Below, one piece after another: positions 1 to 15,235 of a DNA stretch of 64,000 nucleotides (the first letter of the stretch is position 1; the number at the start of each line of letters is the position of its first letter). Under the pieces are notes generated by a model that made no database searches, was not told the origin of the DNA, and saw only the letters and a list, made by a program, of their open reading frames with translations. The DNA is taken from the NCBI GenBank assembly GCA_964016885.1, contig OZ024753.1, positions 35,092,001 to 35,156,000 on the forward strand. The letters are read 5' to 3'. This DNA is from Eledone cirrhosa (taxonomy: Eukaryota). The position numbers were made by a program, and so were the translations under genes.

Positions 1-81
1 CGGCGAGTAGAAATTAGCGAAACGCAACTTTCGATTTGTGTTGGCAAGCGCTCAATGGATACGAAGATACCAGAGCAATAA

Positions 82-130
<49 letters not shown>

Positions 131-133
<3 letters not shown>

Positions 134-312
134 GGCAACACGGTAAAAACCTCCCAGACCCACACTGTAAATGTGGTTGGTGTTAGGAAGGGCATCCAAC
201 TGTAGGAAACCTGCCAGACAGTCATATGCGAGCAAGACAATCACTCTTGCCTCAAGTGGGAAAACCCCCGTCCAAACCCATGCAAGCGTGGAACACGGAT
301 GTTGATGATGAT
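131..312 (+). mobile_element. SINE-like family A copy (core ttaggaagggcatccagctgtagaaa, (GAT)n tail)
   Basis: Core motif and gatgatgatg tail recur at about 7480-7760(+), 24220-24340(+), 28015-28178(+), 28705-28885(-), 29820-30080(-), 32110-32345(+), 36530-36990(-), 41960-42135(-), 49120-49900(-). Boundaries approximate. Confidence 0.75.
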
Positions 313-625
313 ATATATATATTTCTGAAAATAACTATGTTCATAAATGATTGTGCTATATTGCATTTTACTGATAATCAGTGCAATACAAACTAAAAAA
401 TGTTATGCAAAAATTTATACAAGTAACAATTAGATAAAACATGATAATAATGACGATAATGATTATAGTGTTTTTTGTTTTTTTTGTTATTTACACACAT
501 ATTTGATATATATGATTAATTTTATTATTAAAATATTTGACACTAATAATTATCTAAAGTGTATATGTTTCAGATTCTTCATTAGTCTGTTGTAATCTCA
601 AGGGTCTTGAATCTGGCAATTTAAA

Positions 626-880
626 CCCTTTTGATACCAAATTGCCTAAAACTGTCCTGGATTTATGATACAAAAATACTCATTTTATAATGTTTCTACT
701 TATATTGAATTCTTCTATCATGATTTTTATTTAAGAAATTTTTGTTAAGTAATCTTCTATCTACGAGCTTACTAATGGAAGAGAATTATTTTATTAAATT
801 CCTTGAAATATTTGATTATTTAAAAAATTAATTTTGACTCATAAGCAGTGTATTTCATTAGAAATACAATAATGAAAAGA
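626..880 (+). mobile_element. piggyBac-type MITE family 2 (about 250 bp, degenerate)
   Basis: Starts ttaaa|cccttttgataccaaa and ends ...agaaatacaataatgaaaaga. Homologous copies at 35339-35581(-), 39445-39904(+), 56275-56802(+), about 33000-33567(-), about 43620-43773(-). Confidence 0.6.
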
Positions 881-915
881 ATAATATCGAAAGTAGTAAA
901 TTCTAAAACTTAGTA

Positions 916-1945
916 TTACCAAAAATGAAGATGCCACTGAAAGGCTCTTGCTTTGATAACTGAGAGGATATTACATGAACTGCAACAGTGGAGCTAAGAG
1001 CCGTTCCAGAAGAAGCATTCAAGATGTGATTTGAACAGTGGAAGGATCACTGTGCTAAGTATGTGGAAGGATCATTGGACTGAGTATGTGGAAGGATCAT
1101 TGGGCTGAGTGTGGGGAAGGATCGTTGGGTTAAGTGTGTGGAAGGATCATTGGGTTAAGTGTGTGGAAGGATCACTGTGGTAAGTATGTGGAATGATCGT
1201 TGGGTTAAGTGTGTGGAAGGATAATTGGGTTAAGTGTGTGGAAGGATCACTGTGCTAAGTATGTGGAATGATCGTTGGGTTAAGTGTGTGGAGTGACCAT
1301 TGGGTTAAGTGTGTGGAAGGATCATTGGGTTAAGTGTGTGGAAGGACCATTGGGTTAAGTGTGTGGAAGGATCATTGGGTTAAGTGTGTGGAAGGATCAT
1401 TGGGCTGAGTATGTGGAATGATCGTTGGGTTAGGTGTGGAAGGATCATTGGGCTAAGTGTGTGGAATGATCGTTGGGTTAAGTGTATGGAATGATCGTTG
1501 GGTTAAGTGTGTGGAAGGATCATTGGGTTAAGTGTGTGGAAGGATCGTTGGGCTAAGTGTGTGGAAGGATCGTTGGGCTAAGTATGTGGAAGGATCATTG
1601 GGCTAAGTGTGTGGAATGATCGTTGGGCTGAGTATGTGGAAGGATCATTGGGCTAAGTGTGTGGAAGGATCATTGGGCTAAGTGTGTGGAATGATCGTTG
1701 GGTTAAGTGTGTGGAAGGATCATTGGGCTAAGTGTGTGTGGAAGGATCGTTGGGTTAAGTGTGTGGAAGGATCATTGGGTTAAGTGTGTGGAAGGATCGT
1801 TGGGCTAAGTATGTGGAATGATCATTGGGTTAAGTGTGTGGAGGCACAAGGGACCCACTTCAAAGGGCATTAGCAGTTGAACTTCAGAAAGCATATAAAT
1901 TTTTTCCTCTGCCCCAATTTAAATACTTTTTGACAGGTCTTCTAT
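916..1945 (+). pseudogene. mariner (Tc1/mariner) transposase C-terminal relic with 3' TIR-like end, interrupted by a minisatellite
   Basis: Frame from 916 reads LPKMKMPLKGSCFDN*EDIT*TATVELRAVPEEAFKM*FEQWKD. After the array it reads KCVEAQGTHFKGH*, matching the mariner C-terminal pattern LFPKLK..LKG.RF...W..RW.KCV...G.YFEGD. End atactttttgacaggtcttcta resembles a mariner TIR. Confidence 0.8.
1038..1843 (+). repeat. 25-bp minisatellite, about 32 copies (gtgtgtggaaggatcattgggttaa)
   Basis: Direct inspection: period 25 (e.g. 1311 and 1361 in register), head-to-tail with no spacers. Confidence 0.95.
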
Positions 1946-2150
<205 letters not shown>

Positions 2151-2264
2151 CCCACACAAAAACACTATTTATTTAGAAATTGTAGATTTGTTTTGTTATT
2201 CTTTATTTATCAGTTTTATCTTAACAAATAATCAGATTAATGTCTCTCTCTCTATATAAATATA

Positions 2265-4540
<2,276 letters not shown>

Positions 4541-4591
4541 ACATAAACAAGGAAATATTTATAATATGCAGAATATAGTTTGCTATTTTAG

Positions 4592-4614
4592 GAAGTAGCT
4601 AATGAAATCAGATG
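4592..4614 (+). other. candidate 23-nt micro-exon
   Basis: tttgctattttag|gaagtagctaatgaaatcagatg|gtgagt. Splice motifs only. Confidence 0.25.
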
Positions 4615-4819
4615 GTGAGTTTATCCGTGAATTTTTTTTTAAACAGGTTTATTCTGTTAAAGCTTCTCAATATTCTCATGATTAAAAAAGAAAAAAAAAG
4701 AAAGGAATTTTAGCTATTCTAAATCTGAATATAATTTTCTTAGCAAGTTCATATCAAGCAGAATATTTAGATACATGTGTGTGTGTGTGTGTGTTTCAGT
4801 ATAACCAAATACTATTTTA

Positions 4820-4960
4820 CACATACATATATATATATGTGTGCATGTATGTATATGTATATACATACTACTGTACGCCTGTATACATATATGTATGTAC
4901 GTATACATACTTATCAGCCGTACTAAGAGTGAGAAATGAAATTTTGTTTCATTCTTTTCC
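4820..4960 (-). mobile_element. fragment of the 423-bp hammerhead-bearing element (its terminal-redundant segment)
   Basis: Reverse complement matches 29268-29400 (tttcatttctcactc.tagtacggctgata...gtatacag.cgtacagtagtatg). Confidence 0.75.
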
Positions 4961-5610
4961 ACTCTTTTACACAGTTTTCTCTGAAAGCAGCATATCCAAG
5001 GAAAATATGGTTTGAGCATTGAAATGGATTTAGCATACCATCTTGAGATATAGACTGACTAACAGAAATGGTAGATTTTGTATATGGCTTCATAGAAGTG
5101 GTTGATAGCTCCTACTACGTAGGTGACTAATTAGCTGTGCAGAATGCTGATCTAACTACATAGTAACTACAATAAAAACAGACTGGAAAAATTTCAAAGA
5201 GCTACTAGTTTTGATGGAAACAATAGGTTTCTTTCTACGAATGAAAGGCCATATGCATGATGCCTGCTTGCAATGTTGATGCTGAAATGATAGGGAGACA
5301 TGAGTAGTGAATGTAGAGAATATGCAAATGTTGGAGAGAAATGAACCGATTTTTGGCTTTGTTACTACAGCTGGATGCCCTTCCTAGTGCCAACTTCATT
5401 TACAGTGAATACTAGGTGCTTTTGTCGTGGCACCTACATGACCACTTTATCTAAAAATATTCCACCATAATTTTATGTAAGAAACATTGATATGTTCCAA
5501 AGACCAGCATAATAAGGAGAAAGTTGATTTGAAATTCTTGATTATTTTGAAAATTATTTGAAAATCATAGGCAGGGTCTTTCATTAGAAATATGATAACG
5601 AAAGGCTTAA

Positions 5611-5830
5611 CCCTTTACCATTTACATTACTCTATATTTACTATTGTATTTTCACAGGAAAGACTTTATCTCACATAGTTATCTCACATAATATCGAATC
5701 TTTGAGATTTTGATATTATTTATTTTGAGAACAATACCTTAATATCAGCATGAGCAGCCAGACACAGCTGGTTTGAGCAGAAAGAGGTGAGATAATTCTG
5801 GCTGGATACGGGCGATTTAATGCTAAAGGG
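5611..5830. mobile_element. piggyBac-type MITE family 1 (about 220 bp)
   Basis: TTAA|CCCTTTAcCATTTA ... TTAATGCTAAAGGG|TTAA. TTAA target duplication plus CCC/GGG termini are piggyBac hallmarks. Confidence 0.85.
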
Positions 5831-5950
5831 TTAAATGTTGTGCAACCATTTAAGAATGTTTGTATTATAACACTTGACACAATTATGTTCTAATCGTGAT
5901 GAGATTTAATTTCATAATGGTTTAAACGTAAAACTATTATCAATTCTCAG

Positions 5951-5996
5951 ATAATTTAAAACATCTTCTCTCTGTTCTTATCTAATCTGCTGTCAG
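5951..5996 (+). other. candidate non-coding exon (46 nt)
   Basis: ttctcag| ... cag|gtaagt (consensus donor). Stops in all three frames. Confidence 0.3.
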
Positions 5997-6321
5997 GTAA
6001 GTGGTGTTATAGAAAACAATTATCAAGAAGTAAGGGGATTGCAAAGGAGCTGTCGTTTGCATATCTTACATATCTACTACATTAGTTAAAGGGTTTTAAC
6101 ATTTATATTATCAACAGGCCAAGTCAGGGGAGAGAGGAGGAAGAAACCTACTTCCTCCCAACTTCTATTTTTTTTTTATTCTATTCTATTACTTATAAGT
6201 ACATCATGTATACTACATGTACACACACACACACACACACACACACATAGTTCAAGGAGATAACAAACAGAGGTACAAAAATTCTTATTAGTTTCACGCT
6301 TTGTTTGGAAAAGGAGAAAGA

Positions 6322-6360
6322 AAGTTCGATATATTGGGCTTTAGCCCTTCTTCAGGAGTA
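6322..6360 (-). ncRNA. degenerate Penelope-type hammerhead motif
   Basis: Minus strand CTGAAGA-AGGGCT-AA-AGCCC-aatatatcgaac. GAAA box lost, partly explicable by CpG decay of an inferred ancestral CGAAACGTC. Sits between (CA)n and (TA)n. Confidence 0.45.
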
Positions 6361-6381
6361 CAAAATTAGAACACAAAAGAG

Positions 6382-6479
<98 letters not shown>

Positions 6480-8295
6480 CTAAATCATATATATTTAGTA
6501 CTGATTACTAAAATACTTAATGACCAATTTGAAATGTAAACTACATCTTAAATCTGGCCTGGACTTATCTTTTTTGAGAAGGAGTTGCTACATCTTAGGC
6601 TTGGACCTATGACCAGCTTTGCACAGACCTGAATATCAATAATTTTCATATATATTTAATTGGGTTTTATTATCATATCAAACCTGAAAAATATATATAA
6701 AAGTGATGAGTAAAATAACTATGACGGTTACTGATAAGCTAATGTTTAATAATAGTATCTTACATGTAATTAATAAAATCTTACTTTTATCTTAATTTAG
6801 TTTGTACCGAAAAAAAAACAACTCGTTAATAACTAAAAGTTGAATTCATTATAACTTTCACCTCGTTACTAGAATACTACTTAGGACATTGTAATTATGT
6901 ATCTTAAGAATCTAATCTGGTTATATAAAATAATTTACTTTTATATTTAAAATGATTTCATATATAATCTATTTCTGTCATATATTTTCACATATAATCT
7001 ATTATCAACTAGGACAGTGGATTGGCACTATTAGTAAACCCTTGGAGAAAATGCTTTGTTGTATTTCAAATCATGTTCAAGTCACCTTTGCTTTTCATCC
7101 TTCTGGGGTGGATATAATAAAGCACCAGTTAAATACTGGTTTTATATAATCATCTTCCCCTTCTCCCTAGTTTTATGCCAATGTTGAATAGAATTATTTA
7201 CATTATCAAGGGTTGAACTCATGTTGTTAAAGTCTTAAGTTATAAGTTTAATTCCTTGGTTAGTATATCTAAATATACTCTAGTTTAAGCAGGACAAGTG
7301 ACATACAATTAACTCTGTAATGATTTAGCAGAAAATATTTTCTGCTAAATCATTACAGAAAAACATAGACTTAAACTTACACTCAGTAGGCACCTCTTAA
7401 ACCAATATAACCCCCCCCCCCCCCCCCCACACACACACACCTTCCCCCCACCACTCTTACTCTGTAAAGTTATGTTGGTACCCCAAAAAATCCAGCACAC
7501 ACTGTAAAGTGGTTGTGTAGGAGACACAGCAAAAAGCACCCAGCACACACTGTAAAATGGTTGTGTAGGAGACATGGCAAAAAGCACCCAGCATACTCTG
7601 TAAATGTGGTTGGCATTAGGAAGGCATCTAGCCGTAGAAAACCAGCCAGAAACAGTCCTATACAAGCGAGACATGGTTACCCAACCAAACTTGCCTCAAA
7701 TGGGACAAACCTGTCTAACCCATGCTAGCGTGGAAGGTAGATGTTAAATGATGAAGATGAATATAAAGACTTTAGTTTGACTAAATCAGTTTAATAAGTA
7801 AACATTATCTAATTGCTCAATTCACAAGATTTATTAGTTCACCCACATTGAAAATTGAAAACTTGTTCACCTTTCCATCACTTTAGCCTACATTTGGTGG
7901 CATATCTAAACAGTCTTAGTACGACAAAGACTGAGTTTTGCAACTATAATTATAGTACCCAGTAAATTACTACTGCAGATAAGTTCAGCTACACAAATTA
8001 GAGCATAAAAAACAATTTGTTTTTAAAAGAATTGATAGAAATAACCTCATCAAGATAAGTGTGTTGGCATAGTTTGATTTAAAAATTTTGTGCATTGAAG
8101 TAGATTTATATGTACTTAAAACTATTGAAATTTTCATTGTTAAATCAACTGTCATCTTCAGCCAAAATATTGTACACACTGACTATTTGGATTAGCTATT
8201 CAAATATATCTGTCTATAATCCATCCATGATAAGCTAACATATATTTTCTAAGAAGTTATAGAGTCAGAGTATTTCTTAGCTGACATTCATTTAA

Positions 8296-8512
8296 CCCTT
8301 TAGCATTTACATTACTCTGTATCTATTATTGTGTTTTCATAGTAAAGGCTTTATCTCACATATCTTACATAATATCGAATCTAAGAGATTTTAATGTTAT
8401 TTATTTTGAGAACAATACCTTAACATAAGTATCAGTGGCCAGTTACAGCTAGTTTGAACAGAAAGAGGTGAGAGAATTCTAACTGGATACAGCCGGTTTA
8501 AATGCTAAAGGA
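8296..8512. mobile_element. piggyBac-type MITE family 1
   Basis: TTAA|ccctttagcattta ... taaatgctaaagga|TTAA. Homologous to 5611-5830. Confidence 0.85.
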
Positions 8513-9458
8513 TTAAATAAAATCTTGTATTTGATGGAAACAATAACCAAATTTGAAGGACATAAAAAGACAATCTAAATATTAGGCTTGTTGGATATTA
8601 TTACAAATAGTTTCTTTTGTATTTATATCTAGCCATTAATCTTCAGTTTATGAAATTTTGGATATGTTCATCAAATTGAATTTTCTAGCAGACTTAATTA
8701 TGTTCATGTGAAGTTGAATTATACATACCTATCTATTGAAACTGGTAGCTTTTCAGAGAGTGTATCTTACTTAATTCAACATACTCTAAAGCGAAAAAGA
8801 AATTTATTTTCTGCTGTGGTAATTTTTCCACGAATAGTTTAGATTTAGAAAATAAAGCAAAATAATGATAAAATCAATATATTCAGATGTGGTGCTTTGT
8901 GAAATAATGAACTGATGTCTAGCTTTAGTAGACTTAGCTCAATATATACGAATCAAAGAGTGAAAATTTTATATTTGATGAAATAGGATAAATATCTTTA
9001 GAATCAAAGAGTGCTTGAAAGAAAAACCATTGAAATAATTCTCTTTCAAGTGATATAATTTGATAAAATAGAAGCCACAAAAATAATTCAAAACTAAATA
9101 GCAAAATACTTTTTTTCTATTGATACCATCAGTGATACTTTAATCTTGTTTTGTTTCTGTTTGTATTTCTAATGTATTTTTCAAAAACATTTTATATGAT
9201 ATCATTTATACGAAAAGTATATTATATTTATTGTCGAGGATATTTGTAAGATAATTCTGCAAAAGTCTTCATTAATAATAATGGCATACAGTTCTTTATT
9301 TAAAGTCGCATGAAACAATATATAGACATTTCATTATATTGCACCTTTTCAGAATCATTTAATTGTACAGTTATCTTTTGCAAATTTTATAGAAGAATAT
9401 AAAATATAAATATATATTATATAATATCATGTTTATTATATATTAATTATATAATATC

Positions 9459-9640
9459 AGGGTGGTGGATTGGCAGTATCGGTAGAGGGTTGGATGCCAT
9501 GCTTTGATGCATAGTTATGGCCCTTTCCATTCTGAGTTCAAATCCCGCCAAGGTTAACTTTGCCTTTCATCCTTATGGGGTCGATAAAACCAGTAATGCA
9601 CTGGATAATTGTTGGCCTTGTGCCAAAAGTAGAAACAATT
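9459..9640 (+). mobile_element. tRNA-derived SINE family B (central gcctttcatcc...ggggtcgataaa...gtaccag, Meta/MESC-like domain)
   Basis: A-box-like tggattggcag, B-box-like gagttcaaatccc, tail gtgccaaaagtagaaacaatt. More than 20 related copies in the window. The domain name is from recall. Confidence 0.8.
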
Positions 9641-9880
9641 AATTATATAATATCATGTTTATCATATATTAATTATATAATATTATATTTATCATATATT
9701 AATTATATTATATTATATTTATCATATTTTAATTATATAATATCATATTTATCATATATTAATTATATTATATTATATTTATCATATTTTAATTATATAA
9801 TATCATATTTATCATATATTAATTATATAATATCATATTTATCATATATTAATTATATAATATCATATCATATATAAATT
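9641..9880. repeat. 30-bp AT-rich minisatellite, about 8 copies
   Basis: aattatataatatcatatttatcatatatt tandem. 1.5 further units lie upstream of the SINE at 9415-9458. Confidence 0.9.
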
Positions 9881-12800
9881 ATATAAGCTATCATATTATT
9901 GCATTTAAATAAATTGACATAAGAAGCTAACTTTACCATTCCATGACCTGGACTAGATCTGAACAAAAAGGGGACATTAGATAGAACTGTTTATAGATCT
10001 GAGGGTGCAAGATTAGTCAGTAATTTTATGTACTTATTTACTTTCATGTTAATCCAAAGACGGTAGTGATAATGGTGATGACAATGATGATGTCGATGAT
10101 GATGATGAAAGTAATTGTGGGAAGTTAAACAGTTGATAAAATAGAAATAATATAAATTACGATAATATTTTAATTGAAATAGCGTATCAATCAATAGATT
10201 TGTTAAATAGATTGAAACAATATATTATATTTCTTCAAATCCTATTTGATTAGAATGCCATAGATGACTGAATCAATAGGATATCAAAGAGGGTTTAATG
10301 ATTTGTATCATCTAATTTGAATTAGCTTTACTGTAAGATTTTCTACTACCTGCATTACTAGTTCTGTTGTAATGTCCTCTGTATTGTATATCATGTTTGT
10401 AGCTGATGATAATGCAGCTATGATAGACATTGTAGATTAATCCTTTGTGTACAATCAATCTTATTAGTATGAGTCTATGCAGGAGCCTCTACATGCTTGC
10501 TTGACTTGCTAGAAATAGTAACCAAGTCTCCCTCAATTCACACGTTACAATTCTTAAAATATGTCATTTTTGATAATGTAGACTGGGATGTACTGAATAA
10601 GGAATGGGAGGGTTGTGGCTGGAATGCTTTTGAGCAGGGATGCAAGGATTCATTTGATCAGAGATCCCCTATGGATAAACAATCTTATAATCTATGTAGT
10701 TACATTTTTGGCATAAATCCATGATTTCAGTATCTTAATAACTATCCATGAAATTCTTACAGCCTTTTCCCCTTTTCATCATTATCATTTCTACATCTTC
10801 TTTTCCATGCTTGCATGGATTAGATAAGTCCTCTCCAGTACAGCATCTTTTCAATTATCTCTTTCCTTTGTCATCCTCTTTGTGAAGTTCTATGAGTACG
10901 TCTGTGATCATCTATCAATACATTGGCTTTTTTCTCTACTTGGAGCTCCTGGCACCTTTTCAGTTCAATATAACATTATTCATCTCTATATTTTTCTTTA
11001 CTCTTCTTATTGGAAAAACTTCAAAGAACAGATCATTTTAAAACTCATCCTTACCTGAATCTCCAGAATAAAAAGTTATAACAAACATAAATAAATATTT
11101 TGGAAAATATAAAACCTCATTTTACTAAATTTGTTATATTTATTTTCAGTCAGTGTACCTTGGACTACACTCTTTAATGTGTCCCTTCTTTTTAAGGATG
11201 GTAGGATGTTATTTAAAGGAAATTTAGCTGTTATTTCCAGTGTAATTGGCTCATTTAGAATTTTGGTATTTGTATATGTTTGTGTAAGGCGGCAAATTGG
11301 CAGAGGTTTTAGAACATCAACTAGAAAGTTTTGTGGTATTCACTCCAGTTCTCTGCTCTCTGATTTTAAATCCTGCTGAAGTCAACTTTGCTTGTCATCC
11401 TTTTGTCTAGTAATGAGGTCAATTCTTTCTCTATATATCTTTCTCACTTCCTCTTTATCTCTCTCTTTCTCTGGAAGAAATCTGCTGTGTTCAGACCTGG
11501 CAAGATGGGCTCTACCAGGTTTTAATATGCCAAAGAAACACTGTATGTTAATAGGGTGCCCCTACAACTCAATCAGGAGTTATGGGTCTAAGAGAAGAGA
11601 GATATTTTTGTGTAGAATAGTAGAAATTTCTTTAGAATAGTAGAAATTTCTTTAGAATAGTAGAAATTTTTATTTTAGTAGTTGTCTTAGTTGGCAATTG
11701 AAATGATTTGGAACTAAAAAATATGGTTTTTAACTGAAAATGAATTTGAAAGAATTGTGCACACTACAAACAAAAATTTATTGACCATTATGGTGGTGAT
11801 TCAAATAGGGATAAAAATTATTTCAGATATTAGCATAATTTAAAAAAAATCTATTGTTTTCAAACTATTTCAAAGCAGATCAATCTTTTCACTTTTGCTT
11901 CATTATTGGAATTTTACATGTATTTTCTAAATACAATGGTAACAATTTTTTTTTTATTGGTAATCTGTATTGATTCAAATATTTCAGTTCTGTAATATCA
12001 CTTTTGGTCCAGATTTGTTTGAATCAATATGAAATATGGTGCCAGATTTTGAAATACTTCATCATTCCATCAAAGATGTTAAAAGCTGAGTATTGCTACC
12101 TCCTATGATGTTTTTTTTAAATTTTTAATTCATTTAATCAGGGGTAGGGGTAGTGTCTTTAATGAATAGGGTCTCCGAGATCGATGGGAAGGAGAAAGGG
12201 ATGAAGGTATCCTCAAATTGGAGATGTGGTCTGAATGTTTTCAACAGCGTACTCTATTAAAGGCAGTCTGGGGTCAGGTGGGGTGAACTAGGAAATAGAT
12301 TAAGTTTATCACCTAAGTAGACCACAGTGAAATTTGAACTCGGAATGCAATGAGCTGAACCAAATAATGTATAAAGATAGTAAAGCCATATGAAAAAATA
12401 TAAATGTAGTTGTGACCAGTTCAAATAGCAGTTTTTAAAAACCTTATGAATGGCTATTCTGAGTTATTGATCACCTCATAGGCTCAATAAAGACAACATT
12501 CTTTAAATTTTTCATATAAAAGAAATCTCTAATAAAATTAATCAGATGTTAGTTTCTAAATTATATTCAAGCTAAATGTACTGGGGGAATTTTCAAAATA
12601 TAAAATCCATGTATAACATGGATTTTATTAACTATAGATAAAGTGGGATGGTAGATATCATGAATTTTATTAGTTATAGATAACAAATATCATGGCTTTT
12701 ATTAGCTATGGATAAGATGGAATGATAGATATCATATCTAGCTCCTATATTCTATTGGTAGGAACAGTTGGTATGGTGGTGAATTGGCAGAGCTGTAAAA

Positions 12801-13130
12801 AGTTGGATAGAATGCTTTATGGTATTTGTTCTGCTTTTCCCATGCTCTCTCAGTTCAAATTCTGCAAAGGTCAACATTCATCCTTTTGTACTGGGGTCGA
12901 TTCTTTCTGTGTGTCTCTTTCTCACCTACGCTCGCTCCTTTTCTGAAATATATACATGCACATACATATATCTACTGTATACACACACACACACATATAT
13001 ATATATATGGATTGTAACGTCCAGTTACTATAGGTTCACCAGAGTGAGCACTCGATGCGTAGTTTCCAGTAGGTATATTGGTGTTGTACTAAGCAGAGTG
13101 TAATAATAATAATGCTGTCATTACCATAAC

Positions 13131-13220
13131 AGAGGTCTGACGAGCTTTTGATTCCAGTCGGGCCCGATTGATATAGATCGAGCCTTGAGCTGATCAATCA
13201 TGAAACCCGCATCGCACCTC
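13131..13220 (+). ncRNA. degenerate hammerhead-like motif with extended stem II
   Basis: gaggt-CTGACGA(13137-13143)...GAAA(13202-13205)cccgcatcgc-acctc. Stem I gaggt/acctc pairs but the NUH triplet is not intact. Confidence 0.4.
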
Positions 13221-14639
13221 AATAAATGTAATGAAGATCTAACACCTCATCCTTTTTATTATTTACTGTCTCAGTTAAAATCCACCGAGGTTAACTTTTC
13301 CTTTCATCCTTACAGGGTCAATAAAATAAAGTACCAGTAATGCACTGGGATAATTGATGGCCTTGTGCCAAAAGTAGAAACAATTATTATTGTTATTATT
13401 ATTATTATTATTATATATATATATATACATTCAATAATTCGAAGCTTAGTTCCTTGTTTCTTACACCTTCTTCAAGGTAACTGTTCACTATGTATTGCAT
13501 ACTTTTTCTTTTGTTTGTATATAGAAACAACTATATTATTTCTTTCCAGCTGAATGATTAAAAAGTTTTCTATTATTTCATGTTGACAAAGATCAATTGC
13601 TTTCAATACCACCATTGTAAAGAAAATAGTGGTGGTACAGAAAGGAAATTGGAAGAATTGTTACCAAATATTATACAAAGAACCTTTTGACTACACCAGA
13701 TTTTTTTTCTTGTTTCCTTTTGCTTTCTGTTATCCAATTTTTGAAAAGGCTCATCTAACAGCTCTATTAAGAATAACTTAACTGACACCAAACCAACCTT
13801 TACTATAAATAACATAACTGCTCAAAGTGGCATGAGGTATATTGTTACAATTGGCAACAAAATCATTCTTGAGAAAAGCAGCTGTAGAAATCTAATACTA
13901 ATATTTGATCTCTGTATATTTCCTATATTTGCTTCACTACTGTTCAAATGAAAGAAAGATATTTGCAATGCAAATGCTGATCTCACAGGAGTCATGCAAC
14001 AAAGATACAGTTCAATGCAGTTCAGCATTATATAACACAAAAGATCAGCAAACCTATCTTTCCTCTGTATCAATTTTGAAACTATATGAGATAAAAAGCA
14101 AGACCTCACAAAAGATCACCTAAAAATAATGAGTCAGCAAAATAGTTTTGAGTTTGTGAAGAAGTTTTCATGTGGTTCCTCAAACAGCTAAAACTCCTTT
14201 TTTTGTCTTTAAAATGGTATCTTTGAATAAATTATTGATGATAAGGCTTTGAATCACACAAAGCCTAAAATAAGCAACATCTAAGCTAGACCAGGTTGCT
14301 GTATTTGTAAACTGCTTCTAAGCAGTTTTAGTGGTTATTTCTATGCCTCCTCCCCATCCTCCCCCTCCTCATCATCATCATCACCTTACATCTGCTTTCC
14401 AAGGTGAATTAATGAGAAAGCTTTTATGTGGCCATGTGATCTTCTGGAAGTAGCAGCCAAATTTCTTTCAGATTACACTTTAATGTCTTCAAAAAAGAGG
14501 AAGGATATATCTGGGGAAATCTAGTTTGAGATAAATCTGTTTGATAAAGTTTAACCTAAGGCTAAACAACAACAGTAACAACAACAAAGAAACTACTAAT
14601 TTTATGTTCTGTAAAACAAAACAAATTAGGGAAGATCAA

Positions 14640-15034
14640 TCAATCACTAGGTCACACTGCTTGTGTGGATTCCCTTGACTCTCTGTCACCATCCAGTTCT
14701 ATTGTTCATCATATTTGGCTGGTCAGAGAGATTGCAGTTTATGTCATCACAAATCTACTTGATATAGGTCTTGGCTTGCTTTGGCTTGTCGCCTTCTTTT
14801 ATCTCTTCCTTGTGTTGGCTCCCACAAAAGAGCTTCACTAACAATTTTGTCTTTAGCTCTCCAGCAATACCCTGTAAATCTGACTCTATGCTCTTTGATG
14901 ATGTCTGATACTGGATGAAGGTTCCCAATGGTGTGGCAAAAAACGTCAGGGTAATAACCCTTGTAGCAATAGCTGCAAAAATGTATAATTCTATGCTGCT
15001 TTACCACATACATTCAGAAATTGAAAAGTATTGA
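14640..15034 (-). mobile_element. RTE-clade LINE relic with 5' inversion
   Basis: Minus strand encodes LHPVSDIIKEHRVRFTGYCWRAKDKIVSEALLWEPTQGR (RTE ORF C-terminus) plus a 3' tail ending (tgat)n. + strand 14948-15034 encodes RVITLVAIAAKMYNSMLL..I.SEIEK (start of RT domain, YRGITL..IAAKIYN pattern). Confidence 0.8.
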
Positions 15035-15134
15035 AGGTGTGAAAGCTAAAGCAAGAAAATAAGAATTGATGATGATGATGATAATTCTTCATGAAAATCT
15101 AGATTTTGTTAATTATTTTATCTTCTGTTTTCAG

Positions 15135-15235
15135 GAAACTTAATGGCCAGGAGTAGAACGAATTGCAAGGATATTGTTTCACAACAAAGTCATTCACAAA
15201 CGTTAATGCTACTACAATTTTAACAGTGTTTCAAG
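15135..15235 (+). other. candidate non-coding (5' UTR) exon, 101 nt
   Basis: ttttatcttctgttttcag|gaaac ... ttcaag|gtaaat. Good acceptor and donor. Stops in all three frames. Confidence 0.45.

Noticed and set aside
1038-1843. CRISPR-like regular array
   Set aside because: Head-to-tail 25-bp units with no unique spacers, eukaryotic context, derived from mariner sequence.
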